Below are positions 11,506-21,191 of a DNA stretch of 64,000 bases, one piece after another (within the stretch, counting starts at the first letter, position 1; each line of letters begins with the position of its first letter). Made by a program: the position numbers and the translations under genes. The notes under the pieces are model-generated. The model saw only the letters and a list, made by a program, of their open reading frames with translations. It had not been told where the DNA came from and did not search any database. The stretch is from a virus. Location: positions 39,459 through 103,458 of the IMG/VR virus record IMGVR_UViG_3300032286_000926; one strand, given 5' to 3'.

Positions 11506-11742
11506 ATGTCATTAGTTCGAATTAAAGAAAATCCTGGTTTAGTCCGTGATACTCATTCTAAAGCTCTTCTAAATACTGATAAGAGAGCCTTGGATGAGTA
11601 TTTAATAAAAGTTGAAATGGCAAAAAAACAAAACGCAGAGAAAGAAGAATCTAAAATGCGTTTACAAAATTTGGAAAAAGAAATGTCGGAAATTAAATCT
11701 TTATTAATGGAAATTGTACAATTAAGGAAATCACATGATTAA
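11506..11742 (+). CDS. Small coiled-coil protein commonly downstream of VrlC-like genes
   Basis: LVRD..SKALLNTD...EMSEIKSLL pattern; overlaps next gene. Confidence 0.65.
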   Translation: MSLVRIKENPGLVRDTHSKALLNTDKRALDEYLIKVEMAKKQNAEKEESKMRLQNLEKEMSEIKSLLMEIVQLRKSHD

Positions 11743-12631
11743 CCGAATAACTACCGCAAATACTTTTTCGGATTGGTTAATCTCAACTCAAGGTTTGATT
11801 GAACACGCCAATTACTTTTCTAATACCGCAAATTTAGTTTATTTAACTGCAAACAATACAGTTAATGTAGCATCAAATACAGTCAATGTTTACTCAAATA
11901 CTGTAAGTGTATATTCTAATACAGTAAACGTTTATAATACTACTGTAACTGCAAACACAAATGCTTTTGCGGCTAGAGATGCGGCCATTACTGCTAACAC
12001 TAATGCAAATTCAGCAAATGCAAGTGCTTGGATTGCGGTATCTTCTGCTAGTTCAAGTTCATCATCTGGTTCTGTATATGCTGGTTATGCAGCTGCCAAT
12101 GCTATACTTGCTAATACATCAAGTACCAATGCTAATACGGCCAATACTAATGCATGGACTGCTCGTGGTGCTGCTATTACTGCTAATACTAATGCATGGA
12201 CTGCTCGTGCTGATGCTATTACAGCAAATACAAATGCGGCTTCTTACGCAAATTTAGCTGACGGTTTTGCAACTAATGCCGGAGTATCTTTGGCAAATGC
12301 TCAAACAGCCAATACTAATGCTAATTTGGCCAAAGTGGATGCACAGACTGCTAATACTAATGCTCAAACTGCTAATACAAATGCTAATCTAGCTAAAGTG
12401 GATGCACAGACGGCCAACACTAACGCACAAACAGCTAATACCAATGCATGGAATGCCGTAGTCAATAATTTGATAATGGTTTCTACCGCACCAACAACCA
12501 ATAAAGGTCAAGCTGGTGACAAAAAAGGATGGATTTATTTGGGCAATACCGAATTGTATTACTGTACTTCCAACTATATTAGTGGAACTGCTAATATTTG
12601 GAGTAAAATTGTTTCATCTAATACTTGGTAA
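11735..12631 (+). CDS. Fibre/whisker-like protein with heptad TANTNA repeats
   Basis: N-terminal TFSDW motif, repeated AQTANTN/AITANTN heptads, C-terminal G..GDKKG...YYCT..Y...ANIW fibre-type knob. Confidence 0.65.
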   Translation: MINRITTANTFSDWLISTQGLIEHANYFSNTANLVYLTANNTVNVASNTVNVYSNTVSVYSNTVNVYNTTVTANTNAFAARDAAITANTNANSANASAWIAVSSASSSSSSGSVYAGYAAANAILANTSSTNANTANTNAWTARGAAITANTNAWTARADAITANTNAASYANLADGFATNAGVSLANAQTANTNANLAKVDAQTANTNAQTANTNANLAKVDAQTANTNAQTANTNAWNAVVNNLIMVSTAPTTNKGQAGDKKGWIYLGNTELYYCTSNYISGTANIWSKIVSSNTW

Positions 12632-12642
12632 TAGGATAATCA

Positions 12643-14631
12643 ATGTCTCTTATTAGTCAAGTTGAAGGCGATTTAACAGAATATTTTGTTACTGATTCCG
12701 CAATCATAGACCAATACGCAAAAACTGGTACTTTGTGGTCATTTGGTTATAACACCAATCGCCAATTAGGTGACAATACAACCCTAAGCAGGTCATCTCC
12801 GGTTCAAACTGTTGTGGGGGGTACTAATTGGAAATTTATTGCAAATGGTGGCCAATTTCATACGATGGCTCTCAAAACCGATGGTAGATTATGGGGTTGG
12901 GGTGATAATACTTATGGCCAAAACGGTTCTGGATCTATACTAAAACAAACCCCATCTGAAGTTGTTGGTTACACATCAAATTGGAAAACTGTTTCTTGCG
13001 GTAATTATTTTTCACAAGGTATAAAAACTGATGGAACACTATGGATATGGGGTAGAACTGCATTTGATTCTACTGATACTTTAACTTATACAACAACACC
13101 AACTCAATTGTTTTCCGGAACAAATTGGAAAGAAATTGCTTGTGGTGCATATAACGCTGGTGCCATTAAAACCGATGGAACATTATGGACTTGGGGTGAC
13201 AATCTTTATGGACAATTAGGTAGAAATTCGGCAACCACTATTGATTTATCACCAGCTCAAGTCGGAAGTGGCACCAATTGGAAACAAATTTCTTTTGGTA
13301 CAAGTTTTGCAATTGGTATAAAAACTGATGGAACAATGTGGGCGTGGGGACTTAATTCGTTATTCCAATTGGGTTTGGGTACTAACACAACTATATCGAC
13401 ACCTGTTCAAATTGGAACCGGCACAACTTGGAAACAAGTATCCTGCGGGATCGTTCATTCTGGTGCCATTAAAACCGATGGTACTTTGTGGATGTTTGGA
13501 AATGGAAGTAATGGTGCTTTAGGTGCATACTTGGGAACAACACCAACACAAACTTATCTTGGCGGCACAAACTGGAAACAAGTGGCTTGTAAATCTTATA
13601 CTACAGCTGCAATTAAAACTGATGGTACATTATGGACCTGGGGATTTAATAATGTAGGTCAGTTAGGTACGGGCAAAACATTTGATGAATATACTCCCGT
13701 TCAAACTATTGCAGGTGGTAATAATTGGAAACAAGTGTCTTGTGGAACATATTTTACAAATGCAATTCATTTTTATGATTCTGATAATTTATATCCATCA
13801 CAAAATCCGCCATATAAAGTATTATATACTTTTTCAACTAATACTGAAAATGCTTCTTTAAATATTTCAACAATTTCGGGTTATGTTGCAGGTAAAACTG
13901 AAGTTACGGTTTATGTAAATTCTGGAGTATATTTGTGGTCATCCAGCACTTCTATTGCAGGTTTAACTTTTACTGGTGCTACAACCGGCGATACTGTTGT
14001 TTTGATTAATAGAGGTTACATTATGGGTATGGGTGGTAATGGAGGAAATCTTGTTAGTGAAGGAAATTTTGCAGGTAATAACGGTGGTCCAGCAATATCT
14101 CTATGTTGCAATACCAAAATAGATAATTCTGGTGCTAGTGCATATATTGGAGGCGGTGGTGGTGGCGGCGGTTCAAGCACATCTGCAACTGGTGGTGGTG
14201 GAGCTGGCGGTGGCAATGGAGGTGGTCTTTCTGGAGGTGGAACTGGAGGTAGTATAGGATCATCGGGAACTGATGGATCACCTAGTCGTGGTGGCGGTGG
14301 CGGAAGAATATTTCCTGGTGTTGGTGGTGCCGGAGGTACTACGACAGCAGGAGACACTAATGGTAAAGGTGGCGGCGCAGGTGGTGGTGGCGGCGCCTAT
14401 GGCAGCATCGCTGGCGGCACCGGCGGTTCTGGTAATTCATTCGGCACCAGTGGTGTGTCTCCAGGACCATATGTTGGTGGAGGCGGAGGAGGTTGGGGTG
14501 CCGTTTCTGGTTGGTCTGTTGGTACTAGTGGATCGAATCCCGGTCTTGGTGGTAAAGCCGTTGCACTTAACGGATATACAGTCATTTGGCATTACGGAAA
14601 TACAGATAGAGTATATGGTAGTGTAACATGA
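12643..14631 (+). CDS. RCC1/BLIP-II beta-propeller fused to gp38-like glycine-rich adhesin domain
   Basis: Six KTDG.LW.WG repeats plus an N-terminal blade; C-terminal GMGGNGG, IGGGGGGGG, GGGGGRIF, GGGGGGWG, GGKAV...W...VYG motifs. Confidence 0.8.
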   Translation: MSLISQVEGDLTEYFVTDSAIIDQYAKTGTLWSFGYNTNRQLGDNTTLSRSSPVQTVVGGTNWKFIANGGQFHTMALKTDGRLWGWGDNTYGQNGSGSILKQTPSEVVGYTSNWKTVSCGNYFSQGIKTDGTLWIWGRTAFDSTDTLTYTTTPTQLFSGTNWKEIACGAYNAGAIKTDGTLWTWGDNLYGQLGRNSATTIDLSPAQVGSGTNWKQISFGTSFAIGIKTDGTMWAWGLNSLFQLGLGTNTTISTPVQIGTGTTWKQVSCGIVHSGAIKTDGTLWMFGNGSNGALGAYLGTTPTQTYLGGTNWKQVACKSYTTAAIKTDGTLWTWGFNNVGQLGTGKTFDEYTPVQTIAGGNNWKQVSCGTYFTNAIHFYDSDNLYPSQNPPYKVLYTFSTNTENASLNISTISGYVAGKTEVTVYVNSGVYLWSSSTSIAGLTFTGATTGDTVVLINRGYIMGMGGNGGNLVSEGNFAGNNGGPAISLCCNTKIDNSGASAYIGGGGGGGGSSTSATGGGGAGGGNGGGLSGGGTGGSIGSSGTDGSPSRGGGGGRIFPGVGGAGGTTTAGDTNGKGGGAGGGGGAYGSIAGGTGGSGNSFGTSGVSPGPYVGGGGGGWGAVSGWSVGTSGSNPGLGGKAVALNGYTVIWHYGNTDRVYGSVT

Positions 14632-15053
14632 TATACAAAATAAATAATTACAATTCTTTACCAAGTTATTACATGGTAGACCAAAATTCTTTGGAGTTAG
14701 CCAATACCATTAATCCAAATTTAAATTATGTTGTTGGTACATTTTCTGATGCTCAAAAAGCATTAGAGATACAACAACAAAATTGTTTAATGTATCAATC
14801 TGGAGCTTTTTCTATTTGTTCTAATATTGAAATTGATGATGGCGTAATGTGGAAAACTATGCGGAAAGAGGATCCAGAAAATGGTATATACCAAGTGTTT
14901 GATTGTTTTACAGGACAATATACACAATGTTCATCAAAAACAGAAGCCATTAATTTAAATGAACAAAAGAAACAACAATTTTTAATATCATGTGGTTTAG
15001 ATAAAGTTTATGAATTGAATGAAATACCACAACCAAATCAAGGAAATTTATAA
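14628..15053 (+). CDS. Hypothetical protein, possible fibre assembly chaperone
   Basis: ATGA-coupled ORF in the fibre operon; no recognised motif. Confidence 0.55.
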   Translation: MIYKINNYNSLPSYYMVDQNSLELANTINPNLNYVVGTFSDAQKALEIQQQNCLMYQSGAFSICSNIEIDDGVMWKTMRKEDPENGIYQVFDCFTGQYTQCSSKTEAINLNEQKKQQFLISCGLDKVYELNEIPQPNQGNL

Positions 15054-15701
15054 ATGTTTGTAATCGTACATAACAATAATGTAATTTTGGGTCCAATGAA
15101 GTGGAGTAAAATTCGCTTTGAAAATGAAATTAAGGATGAATTGGATATTGATGTTATTCTTAATACACGGAATGACGAAGAATTGCCGGTAATTATTAAT
15201 GATGAATTGAAAATATTGTCAACTCAAGGCACACCAGATCCAGCGCATAATCCTAAAATAGAATTTTTACATGGTCCCTTTTGGCAATTTACTGATAGGG
15301 ATGCCATTTCATCATATCAAGTGGTACAGAAACCAGTTGAAGCTGTTCGCAATGAATTAAAAAATGTAATTGCTCAAGAACGCTGGATAAAACAAAATGC
15401 AACACTAGATATTGATATTGATGGTACAACATATCAATTTGATACTAGTGAAAAAACTAGAACTGCATTACAACAATCTCTTGTTTTGAATACATCATTA
15501 AATTGGAAACTAAACAACGGTGAATGGGTTAATTTAACTGTTGAAAATATTACAACAATTCTCTCCACGATTGCCACACATATTCAAAGTTGCTTTGATT
15601 GGGAATTTGCTAAAAATACCGAATTGTATGTTTGTTCTACTCTTGAAGAAATGGATGCTCTTGAAATTGTTACGCCTGTTGAGGTTCCAGGACTAATCTA
15701 A
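15054..15701 (+). CDS. DUF4376-like tail fibre assembly-associated protein
   Basis: C-terminal IAQERW...WKL.NG.WV.LT...I..HIQSCFDWE pattern. Confidence 0.65.
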   Translation: MFVIVHNNNVILGPMKWSKIRFENEIKDELDIDVILNTRNDEELPVIINDELKILSTQGTPDPAHNPKIEFLHGPFWQFTDRDAISSYQVVQKPVEAVRNELKNVIAQERWIKQNATLDIDIDGTTYQFDTSEKTRTALQQSLVLNTSLNWKLNNGEWVNLTVENITTILSTIATHIQSCFDWEFAKNTELYVCSTLEEMDALEIVTPVEVPGLI

Positions 15702-16909
15702 TGGGTATCACAACCAATTTTAAACTGAATGGTACTGATATAGGAAATATATTGGTAGAAAAGTCCTATATGTTGGATCGATATCCGGAACTTGCTGATA
15801 ATTTGAAACAATCTGTATTGTGGAGTGCCGGAAATAATTACTATGGCTCTTTGGGAAACAATGATGCTTCTGTAACTAGGGTTACTTCACCAACGTCAAT
15901 ATATGGTGGCGGAACAAATTGGAAATATCTTGCCAAAGGTACAGATGAAGCTAGTGGCACCTATGGTCACATGGCTGCAATTAAAACCGATGGTACACTA
16001 TGGTTATGGGGTTACAATATTAATGGCCAACTTGGTGATGGTACAACTGTTGATAAATCTTCTCCAGTTCAAATATCAGGTGGTGGCACCAACTGGGTAG
16101 GAGTAACACTTACTGATTCCTCAACTTTTGCTATAAAAACCGATGGTACATTATGGTCATGGGGCAACACCAATAATGGTCAATTGGGCATTGGAGCTGC
16201 AGGTGGAGTTAGGTCTGCACCTACTCAAATTGGCAGTTCAACAAATTGGAAACAAGTGTCTGGTGGATATGAATCTGGTTCTGCAATTAAAACCGATGGA
16301 ACTTTATGGGGATGGGGTCTTAATACCTATGGAACTTTGGGTGATGGAAATATTAATACGATAGTTTCCACACCTGTACAAACAATATTAACTGGTAACA
16401 ATTGGAAACAAGTGTCATGTGGTTTCTACTACACAATGGCAATTAAAACCGATGGAACACTATGGGGTTGGGGTGCTGGTGGCACCGGACAATTAGGTAA
16501 TGAAATTTTAGCTAATACGTCAACACCCGTTCAAATAGGTACAGCAACAACTTGGAAAATAATAGAATGTGGTCGCAACCATTCGGCCGGAATTAAAACG
16601 GATGGAACATTATGGTTGTGGGGTTCGAATACTAACGGAAAAATTGGTAATAACAGTAGTCTCACAGTATCCACTCCAGTACAAATATATGGTGCTGGAA
16701 CAAATTGGAAACAAGTTTCGTGCGGTAAAGAATCTACTGTTGCTATGAAAACTGATGGTACATTATGGGCCTGGGGTGTAATACAGCATTTTTATCCAAC
16801 AGCTACTTATGCCATTCTAACTCCTGTTCAAATTTCAGCAGACACGAATTGGAAAACTATATCCGGTATTGGTACTCGATATTATGCTATATTGGGAGAT
16901 TTAACATAA
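15701..16909 (+). CDS. RCC1/BLIP-II repeat beta-propeller protein
   Basis: Six A[I/M]KTDGTLW.WG and several TNWKQVS repeats. Confidence 0.85.
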   Translation: MGITTNFKLNGTDIGNILVEKSYMLDRYPELADNLKQSVLWSAGNNYYGSLGNNDASVTRVTSPTSIYGGGTNWKYLAKGTDEASGTYGHMAAIKTDGTLWLWGYNINGQLGDGTTVDKSSPVQISGGGTNWVGVTLTDSSTFAIKTDGTLWSWGNTNNGQLGIGAAGGVRSAPTQIGSSTNWKQVSGGYESGSAIKTDGTLWGWGLNTYGTLGDGNINTIVSTPVQTILTGNNWKQVSCGFYYTMAIKTDGTLWGWGAGGTGQLGNEILANTSTPVQIGTATTWKIIECGRNHSAGIKTDGTLWLWGSNTNGKIGNNSSLTVSTPVQIYGAGTNWKQVSCGKESTVAMKTDGTLWAWGVIQHFYPTATYAILTPVQISADTNWKTISGIGTRYYAILGDLT

Positions 16910-16917
16910 AATAAAAC

Positions 16918-18147
16918 ATGCCAACTAATTATACCTTTGTCAATTCATCATTAACAGGAACTTCTACACCAGTTGCTTTGGATGATTACTTTATTCCAAA
17001 AGCACCGTTCACTCAAGGTGGTTTATGGGCATGGGGTAAAAATCTTTATGCTTTTGGCCAAGGCGGCCAATTAGGTGATAATACTCTCATTGATAGGTCC
17101 TCACCTGTTCAAGTTACTAATGGCGGTACCAATTGGAAACAAGTATCCGCAAATGTTTATGGTACTGCTGCCATTAAAACCAATGGAACATTATGGATGT
17201 TTGGTTATTATATAGGAATTGCAGCTAATGTAAAAACACCAGTTCAAATTGGAACCGATAATAATTGGAAACAAATATCATTTTCTGGATATAATGGTAT
17301 AACTGTTGCTGGAATTAAAACCGATGGTACACTATGGACTTGGGGTAATCAAAATAGTGTAGGTCAGTTAGGTGATGGCACCATTGTTGGTAAATCTACA
17401 CCAGTTCAAATTGGAACCAATACTAATTGGAAACAAGTATCAGCTGGTAATAGTGTAATGGCAGCTATTAAAACCGATGGAACTTTATGGACTTGGGGAC
17501 ATAACTATTACGGAGAATTAGGTAATAATACTAATCGAGAAACGGATAATGTTCTTTCAGTTTCTTCACCAATACAAATATATGGTGGTGGTACCAATTG
17601 GAAACAAGTATCTACTGCACAAGGTATTTCCACATCCGTGTTTGCTATTAAAACCGATGGTACACTTTGGTCGTGGGGAGATAATAGTAACGGTGTATTG
17701 GGTCTAAATGATGCAATACCTCTTTCAGAAACATCTCGTTCAAGTCCTGTACAGATATATGGAGGCGGTACCAATTGGAAACAAGTATCATCTGGTTGGA
17801 TGACTGCGGCGGCTATTAAAACAGATGGCACATTATGGTTATGGGGACTTAATGCCGGTTACTATTCGGGATTAGGTGTTCCAGCTTCTCGGTCATCACC
17901 TGTTCAAATTGTTGGCGGTGGTACTAATTGGAAAGAAGTATCTGTTAGTGCTGGTGGAATGTCAGCAATTAAGACTGATGGTACTCTGTGGACTTGGGGT
18001 AGTAACCTATATGGCCAATTAGGAAATAATGTTTCTGATGGTATTTCATCTTCAACACCAATACAAATATATGGTGGCAATACAAATTGGAAACAAGTTT
18101 CACACGGTACTACACATGTGGCCGCAGTTCGAACTGACTATTATTAA
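16918..18147 (+). CDS. RCC1/BLIP-II repeat beta-propeller protein
   Basis: Six IKT[D/N]GTLW repeats; first 34 aa identical to the next gene. Confidence 0.85.
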   Translation: MPTNYTFVNSSLTGTSTPVALDDYFIPKAPFTQGGLWAWGKNLYAFGQGGQLGDNTLIDRSSPVQVTNGGTNWKQVSANVYGTAAIKTNGTLWMFGYYIGIAANVKTPVQIGTDNNWKQISFSGYNGITVAGIKTDGTLWTWGNQNSVGQLGDGTIVGKSTPVQIGTNTNWKQVSAGNSVMAAIKTDGTLWTWGHNYYGELGNNTNRETDNVLSVSSPIQIYGGGTNWKQVSTAQGISTSVFAIKTDGTLWSWGDNSNGVLGLNDAIPLSETSRSSPVQIYGGGTNWKQVSSGWMTAAAIKTDGTLWLWGLNAGYYSGLGVPASRSSPVQIVGGGTNWKEVSVSAGGMSAIKTDGTLWTWGSNLYGQLGNNVSDGISSSTPIQIYGGNTNWKQVSHGTTHVAAVRTDYY

Positions 18148-18161
18148 ATCAACTAAAGACA

Positions 18162-19301
18162 ATGCCAACTAATTACACATTTGTAAATTCATCTTTAACG
18201 GGTACTTCTACACCAGTTGCTTTGGATGATTACTTTATTCCAAAAGCACCGTTCACTCAAGGTAATTTATTTGCTTGGGGTAGTAATACTTACGGACAAT
18301 TAGGTGATAATACTACTGCAGCTAAATCATCTCCAGTCCAAACTATTGATACTGGAACAAATTGGAAACAAGTATCAGCAACTTTTGGAGAACAATCATC
18401 TTTTGGAATTAAAACCGATGGTACGTTGTGGGCATGGGGAATTAACACAAATCGTGGCTTAGGTATTGGAACTAATGTTAATCAATCTTCACCCGTTCAA
18501 ATAGGTACAGCAACAACTTGGAAACAAGTATCTGGTGATAGGGCTATTAAAACCGATGGTACGCTATGGGTTTGGGGATTTGATGGTAACGGTATTGGCG
18601 TTCCAAATATCTCCGGGGTATCAACACCAGTTCAAGTAGGTACTGAAACAAATTGGAAACAAGTTTCACGGGGGTATACTCATTCTCTAGCCGTTAAAAC
18701 CGATGGTACATTATGGTCGTGGGGTAGAAATCTTTATGGAGAATTAGGTGATGGAACATTCAGTAATTGGAATGGAGGAGCTGGACCAGGAAGTCCTGGC
18801 ACCCAATCAAAAAGCACTCCAGTTCAAGTTGTAGGTGGTGGAACAAATTGGAAAAAAGTATCTGCTGGATTTGTACACACTGCTGCAATAAAAACCGATG
18901 GAACATTATGGCATTGGGGTGAGATTGCTACCTACCAAATTAGCACTCCAGTTCAAGTTGTAGGTGGTGGAACAAATTGGAAAGAAGTTTTTTCTGGCAA
19001 TCAAATAATTTTTGCAATAAAAACCGATGGAACTTTATGGTATATAAATAATTCAATTAGTTCTCCAGTTCAAGTTGTATGGGGTGGAACAAATTGGAAA
19101 CAAGTTTCAACTGGATATCCAAGTACCACTACTGCTATTAAATCCGATGGAACATTATGGAGCTGGGGAAGTAATACTTTTGGCCAATTGGGTCTTGGTG
19201 ATACTACTTATAGAAGCACTCCTGTGCAATTAGGTATCGATACTAATTGGAAACAAGTATCAACTTCTGGTGCCCATGCGTTTGCAATTAAAGTATATTA
19301 A
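18162..19301 (+). CDS. RCC1/BLIP-II repeat beta-propeller protein
   Basis: Six K[T/S]DGTLW repeats. Confidence 0.85.
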   Translation: MPTNYTFVNSSLTGTSTPVALDDYFIPKAPFTQGNLFAWGSNTYGQLGDNTTAAKSSPVQTIDTGTNWKQVSATFGEQSSFGIKTDGTLWAWGINTNRGLGIGTNVNQSSPVQIGTATTWKQVSGDRAIKTDGTLWVWGFDGNGIGVPNISGVSTPVQVGTETNWKQVSRGYTHSLAVKTDGTLWSWGRNLYGELGDGTFSNWNGGAGPGSPGTQSKSTPVQVVGGGTNWKKVSAGFVHTAAIKTDGTLWHWGEIATYQISTPVQVVGGGTNWKEVFSGNQIIFAIKTDGTLWYINNSISSPVQVVWGGTNWKQVSTGYPSTTTAIKSDGTLWSWGSNTFGQLGLGDTTYRSTPVQLGIDTNWKQVSTSGAHAFAIKVY

Positions 19302-19305
19302 ATCA

Positions 19306-19313
19306 ACTAAATA
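19306..19313 (+). promoter_or_regulatory. Putative T4-type late promoter variant (ACTAAATA)
   Basis: Intergenic, upstream of SD GAGGTG and the methyltransferase ATG; the same variant precedes gp18. Confidence 0.5.
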
Positions 19314-19351
19314 AATTTAATTAGTGTGTTGTAATTTTAAAATGAGGTGTT

Positions 19352-19915
19352 ATGAAAATAAATTTAGGCTCAGGTTCCAAAAAAATACCTGATTATTTGA
19401 ATGTTGATATTGATGCTGGTTCCAATCCAGACTATGTTGTAAATCTTGAAACAGATAAACTTCCCTTTGAAGATAACTCTATTGATGCGGTAATTGCACA
19501 TCATGTACTAGAACATCTTGGTGAAGGATTTTTTAATTGTATTAAAGAACTCTACCGTGTATGTAAGCACGGCACAGTTATTGATATTAGAGTTCCTCAT
19601 CCTCGGCACGACACCTTCTTGATTGACCCAACACACAGAAGGCCAATATATCCACATACTTTGGATATGTTTTCAAAATCAAGAAATAAAAAACAAATAG
19701 ATTCTGGTGGAAATGAAACACCCATTGGATTTATCTATGATGTGGATTTCATGGTTATAGACCAGACTTATGTTCTTGATGAATATTGGCAAAGACAATT
19801 TCGGATGCTCACAGAAGAACAATGTGAACATGCCGTAAGGTCGTTTAATAATGTTATTGCAGAAATTAGTATTAAATTATTGGTGAATAAAGATGAATCC
19901 ATTAGCAACCGCTGA
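19352..19915 (+). CDS. Class I SAM-dependent methyltransferase (Methyltransf_11-like)
   Basis: KINLGSG (motif I), YLNVDI, LPFEDNSID, HVLEH, ELYRVCK, DPTH. Confidence 0.85.
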   Translation: MKINLGSGSKKIPDYLNVDIDAGSNPDYVVNLETDKLPFEDNSIDAVIAHHVLEHLGEGFFNCIKELYRVCKHGTVIDIRVPHPRHDTFLIDPTHRRPIYPHTLDMFSKSRNKKQIDSGGNETPIGFIYDVDFMVIDQTYVLDEYWQRQFRMLTEEQCEHAVRSFNNVIAEISIKLLVNKDESISNR

Positions 19916-21191
19916 ATTTTTAATTAGTATTAAAGAGAATGAAAAGGCCAAGATTGCACTTGACCTTATAAAACCTTATGCACAGACTATACCACAGATT
20001 GATGCCATAGGTAAACTATATGCTGAAATTAGAGAGTTTAATGATACTCTTGAATTGGCACACCGAGTATATAAAATTGTAGATACGGAAGAGAACAAAT
20101 TTGATGCTCGTGTCAACATTATTCGAGCTCATTTAAATTTGAATCAACCATATGAAGCTTTAGAACAGGTTATAATTAATGAAAAATTAAAGCCTGATGA
20201 CCATGCCAATCAAATGGATAAGGCGATGTGTTTCTTTTTACTTGATAGAAAAGATGAAGGTGAAAAGATACTCAGACACATATTGACCGAACCACACACC
20301 GAAGATATTGATATTCGTGTAAAGTTTAATTTAGGTACTTATGATTTACGAAACGGTAAATTTAAAGAAGGACTAAAACATGTATTGCTTGATGGCCGTA
20401 AGTTAAATATTTGGCAAGATTTTAATTTTTCAAAAACACAACTATGGACAGGCACTCCACAACCAGGTAAAACAATTGTTCTTTGTGCTGAAGGTGGTAT
20501 AGGTGATGAAATCATTTCAGTACGATTTATGAAACACTTTCAAGACCATGGAATGAAACCTCTTTGGTATACCAATAGAAAAGATGTTGCTGATATATTT
20601 GATAGATGTGGTTTTAAAACAATCTCAAATTTAAACAATGTTCCACCTGATTGGTTATGGACATATTCAATGGCCACTCCAACTTATCTAGAACTAGAAG
20701 AGAATGATGTGTGGTATGGTTCATATTTGACACCAATACACAGAGCACCATTATTACCAAACAACGGTAAAAAGAAAATTGGCATTAAGTGTATGGGCAA
20801 TCCAAAGTATGACCAAGACTTACACCGTACTATTCCGTTTGAAGAAATGATTGATTGTATTCCTGATGATTATGAAATCTATTCATTCCATATTGATGAA
20901 GATTTTCAACATCCAAGAGTGATACCACTTAAAGATAAAATCAAAACTTGGGACGACACACTTGATTACCTTGACCAAATGGATATTGTAGTTTCGAGTT
21001 GTACTTCATTGATTCATGCCACCGGTGCGATTGGTAAAAAGGCTATCGTTGTTGTTCCAATTCTTACCTATTATACATGGGCAAGACCTGATTATCACAC
21101 AAAATGGTATGATGAAAACCTAACTATTTTAAGACAAAAAGAATATGATAATTGGAAGTTACCTTTAAAAGAATTGAAAGAATTATTATGA
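19893..21191 (+). CDS. TPR-repeat protein with C-terminal GT-B (GT9-like, FlbA-like) glycosyltransferase domain
   Basis: Helical N-terminal half, then LWTG...GKTIVLCAEGGIGDEI...RF and MDIVVSSCTSLIHATGAIGK...YYTW...WY..LTILRQ...W. Confidence 0.75.
   Translation: MNPLATAEFLISIKENEKAKIALDLIKPYAQTIPQIDAIGKLYAEIREFNDTLELAHRVYKIVDTEENKFDARVNIIRAHLNLNQPYEALEQVIINEKLKPDDHANQMDKAMCFFLLDRKDEGEKILRHILTEPHTEDIDIRVKFNLGTYDLRNGKFKEGLKHVLLDGRKLNIWQDFNFSKTQLWTGTPQPGKTIVLCAEGGIGDEIISVRFMKHFQDHGMKPLWYTNRKDVADIFDRCGFKTISNLNNVPPDWLWTYSMATPTYLELEENDVWYGSYLTPIHRAPLLPNNGKKKIGIKCMGNPKYDQDLHRTIPFEEMIDCIPDDYEIYSFHIDEDFQHPRVIPLKDKIKTWDDTLDYLDQMDIVVSSCTSLIHATGAIGKKAIVVVPILTYYTWARPDYHTKWYDENLTILRQKEYDNWKLPLKELKELL

Noticed and set aside
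12643-19301. Diversity-generating retroelement acting on RCC1 or lectin genes
   Set aside because: No reverse transcriptase in the window, and no template/variable pair with adenine-specific differences was seen. An RT elsewhere in the genome cannot be excluded.
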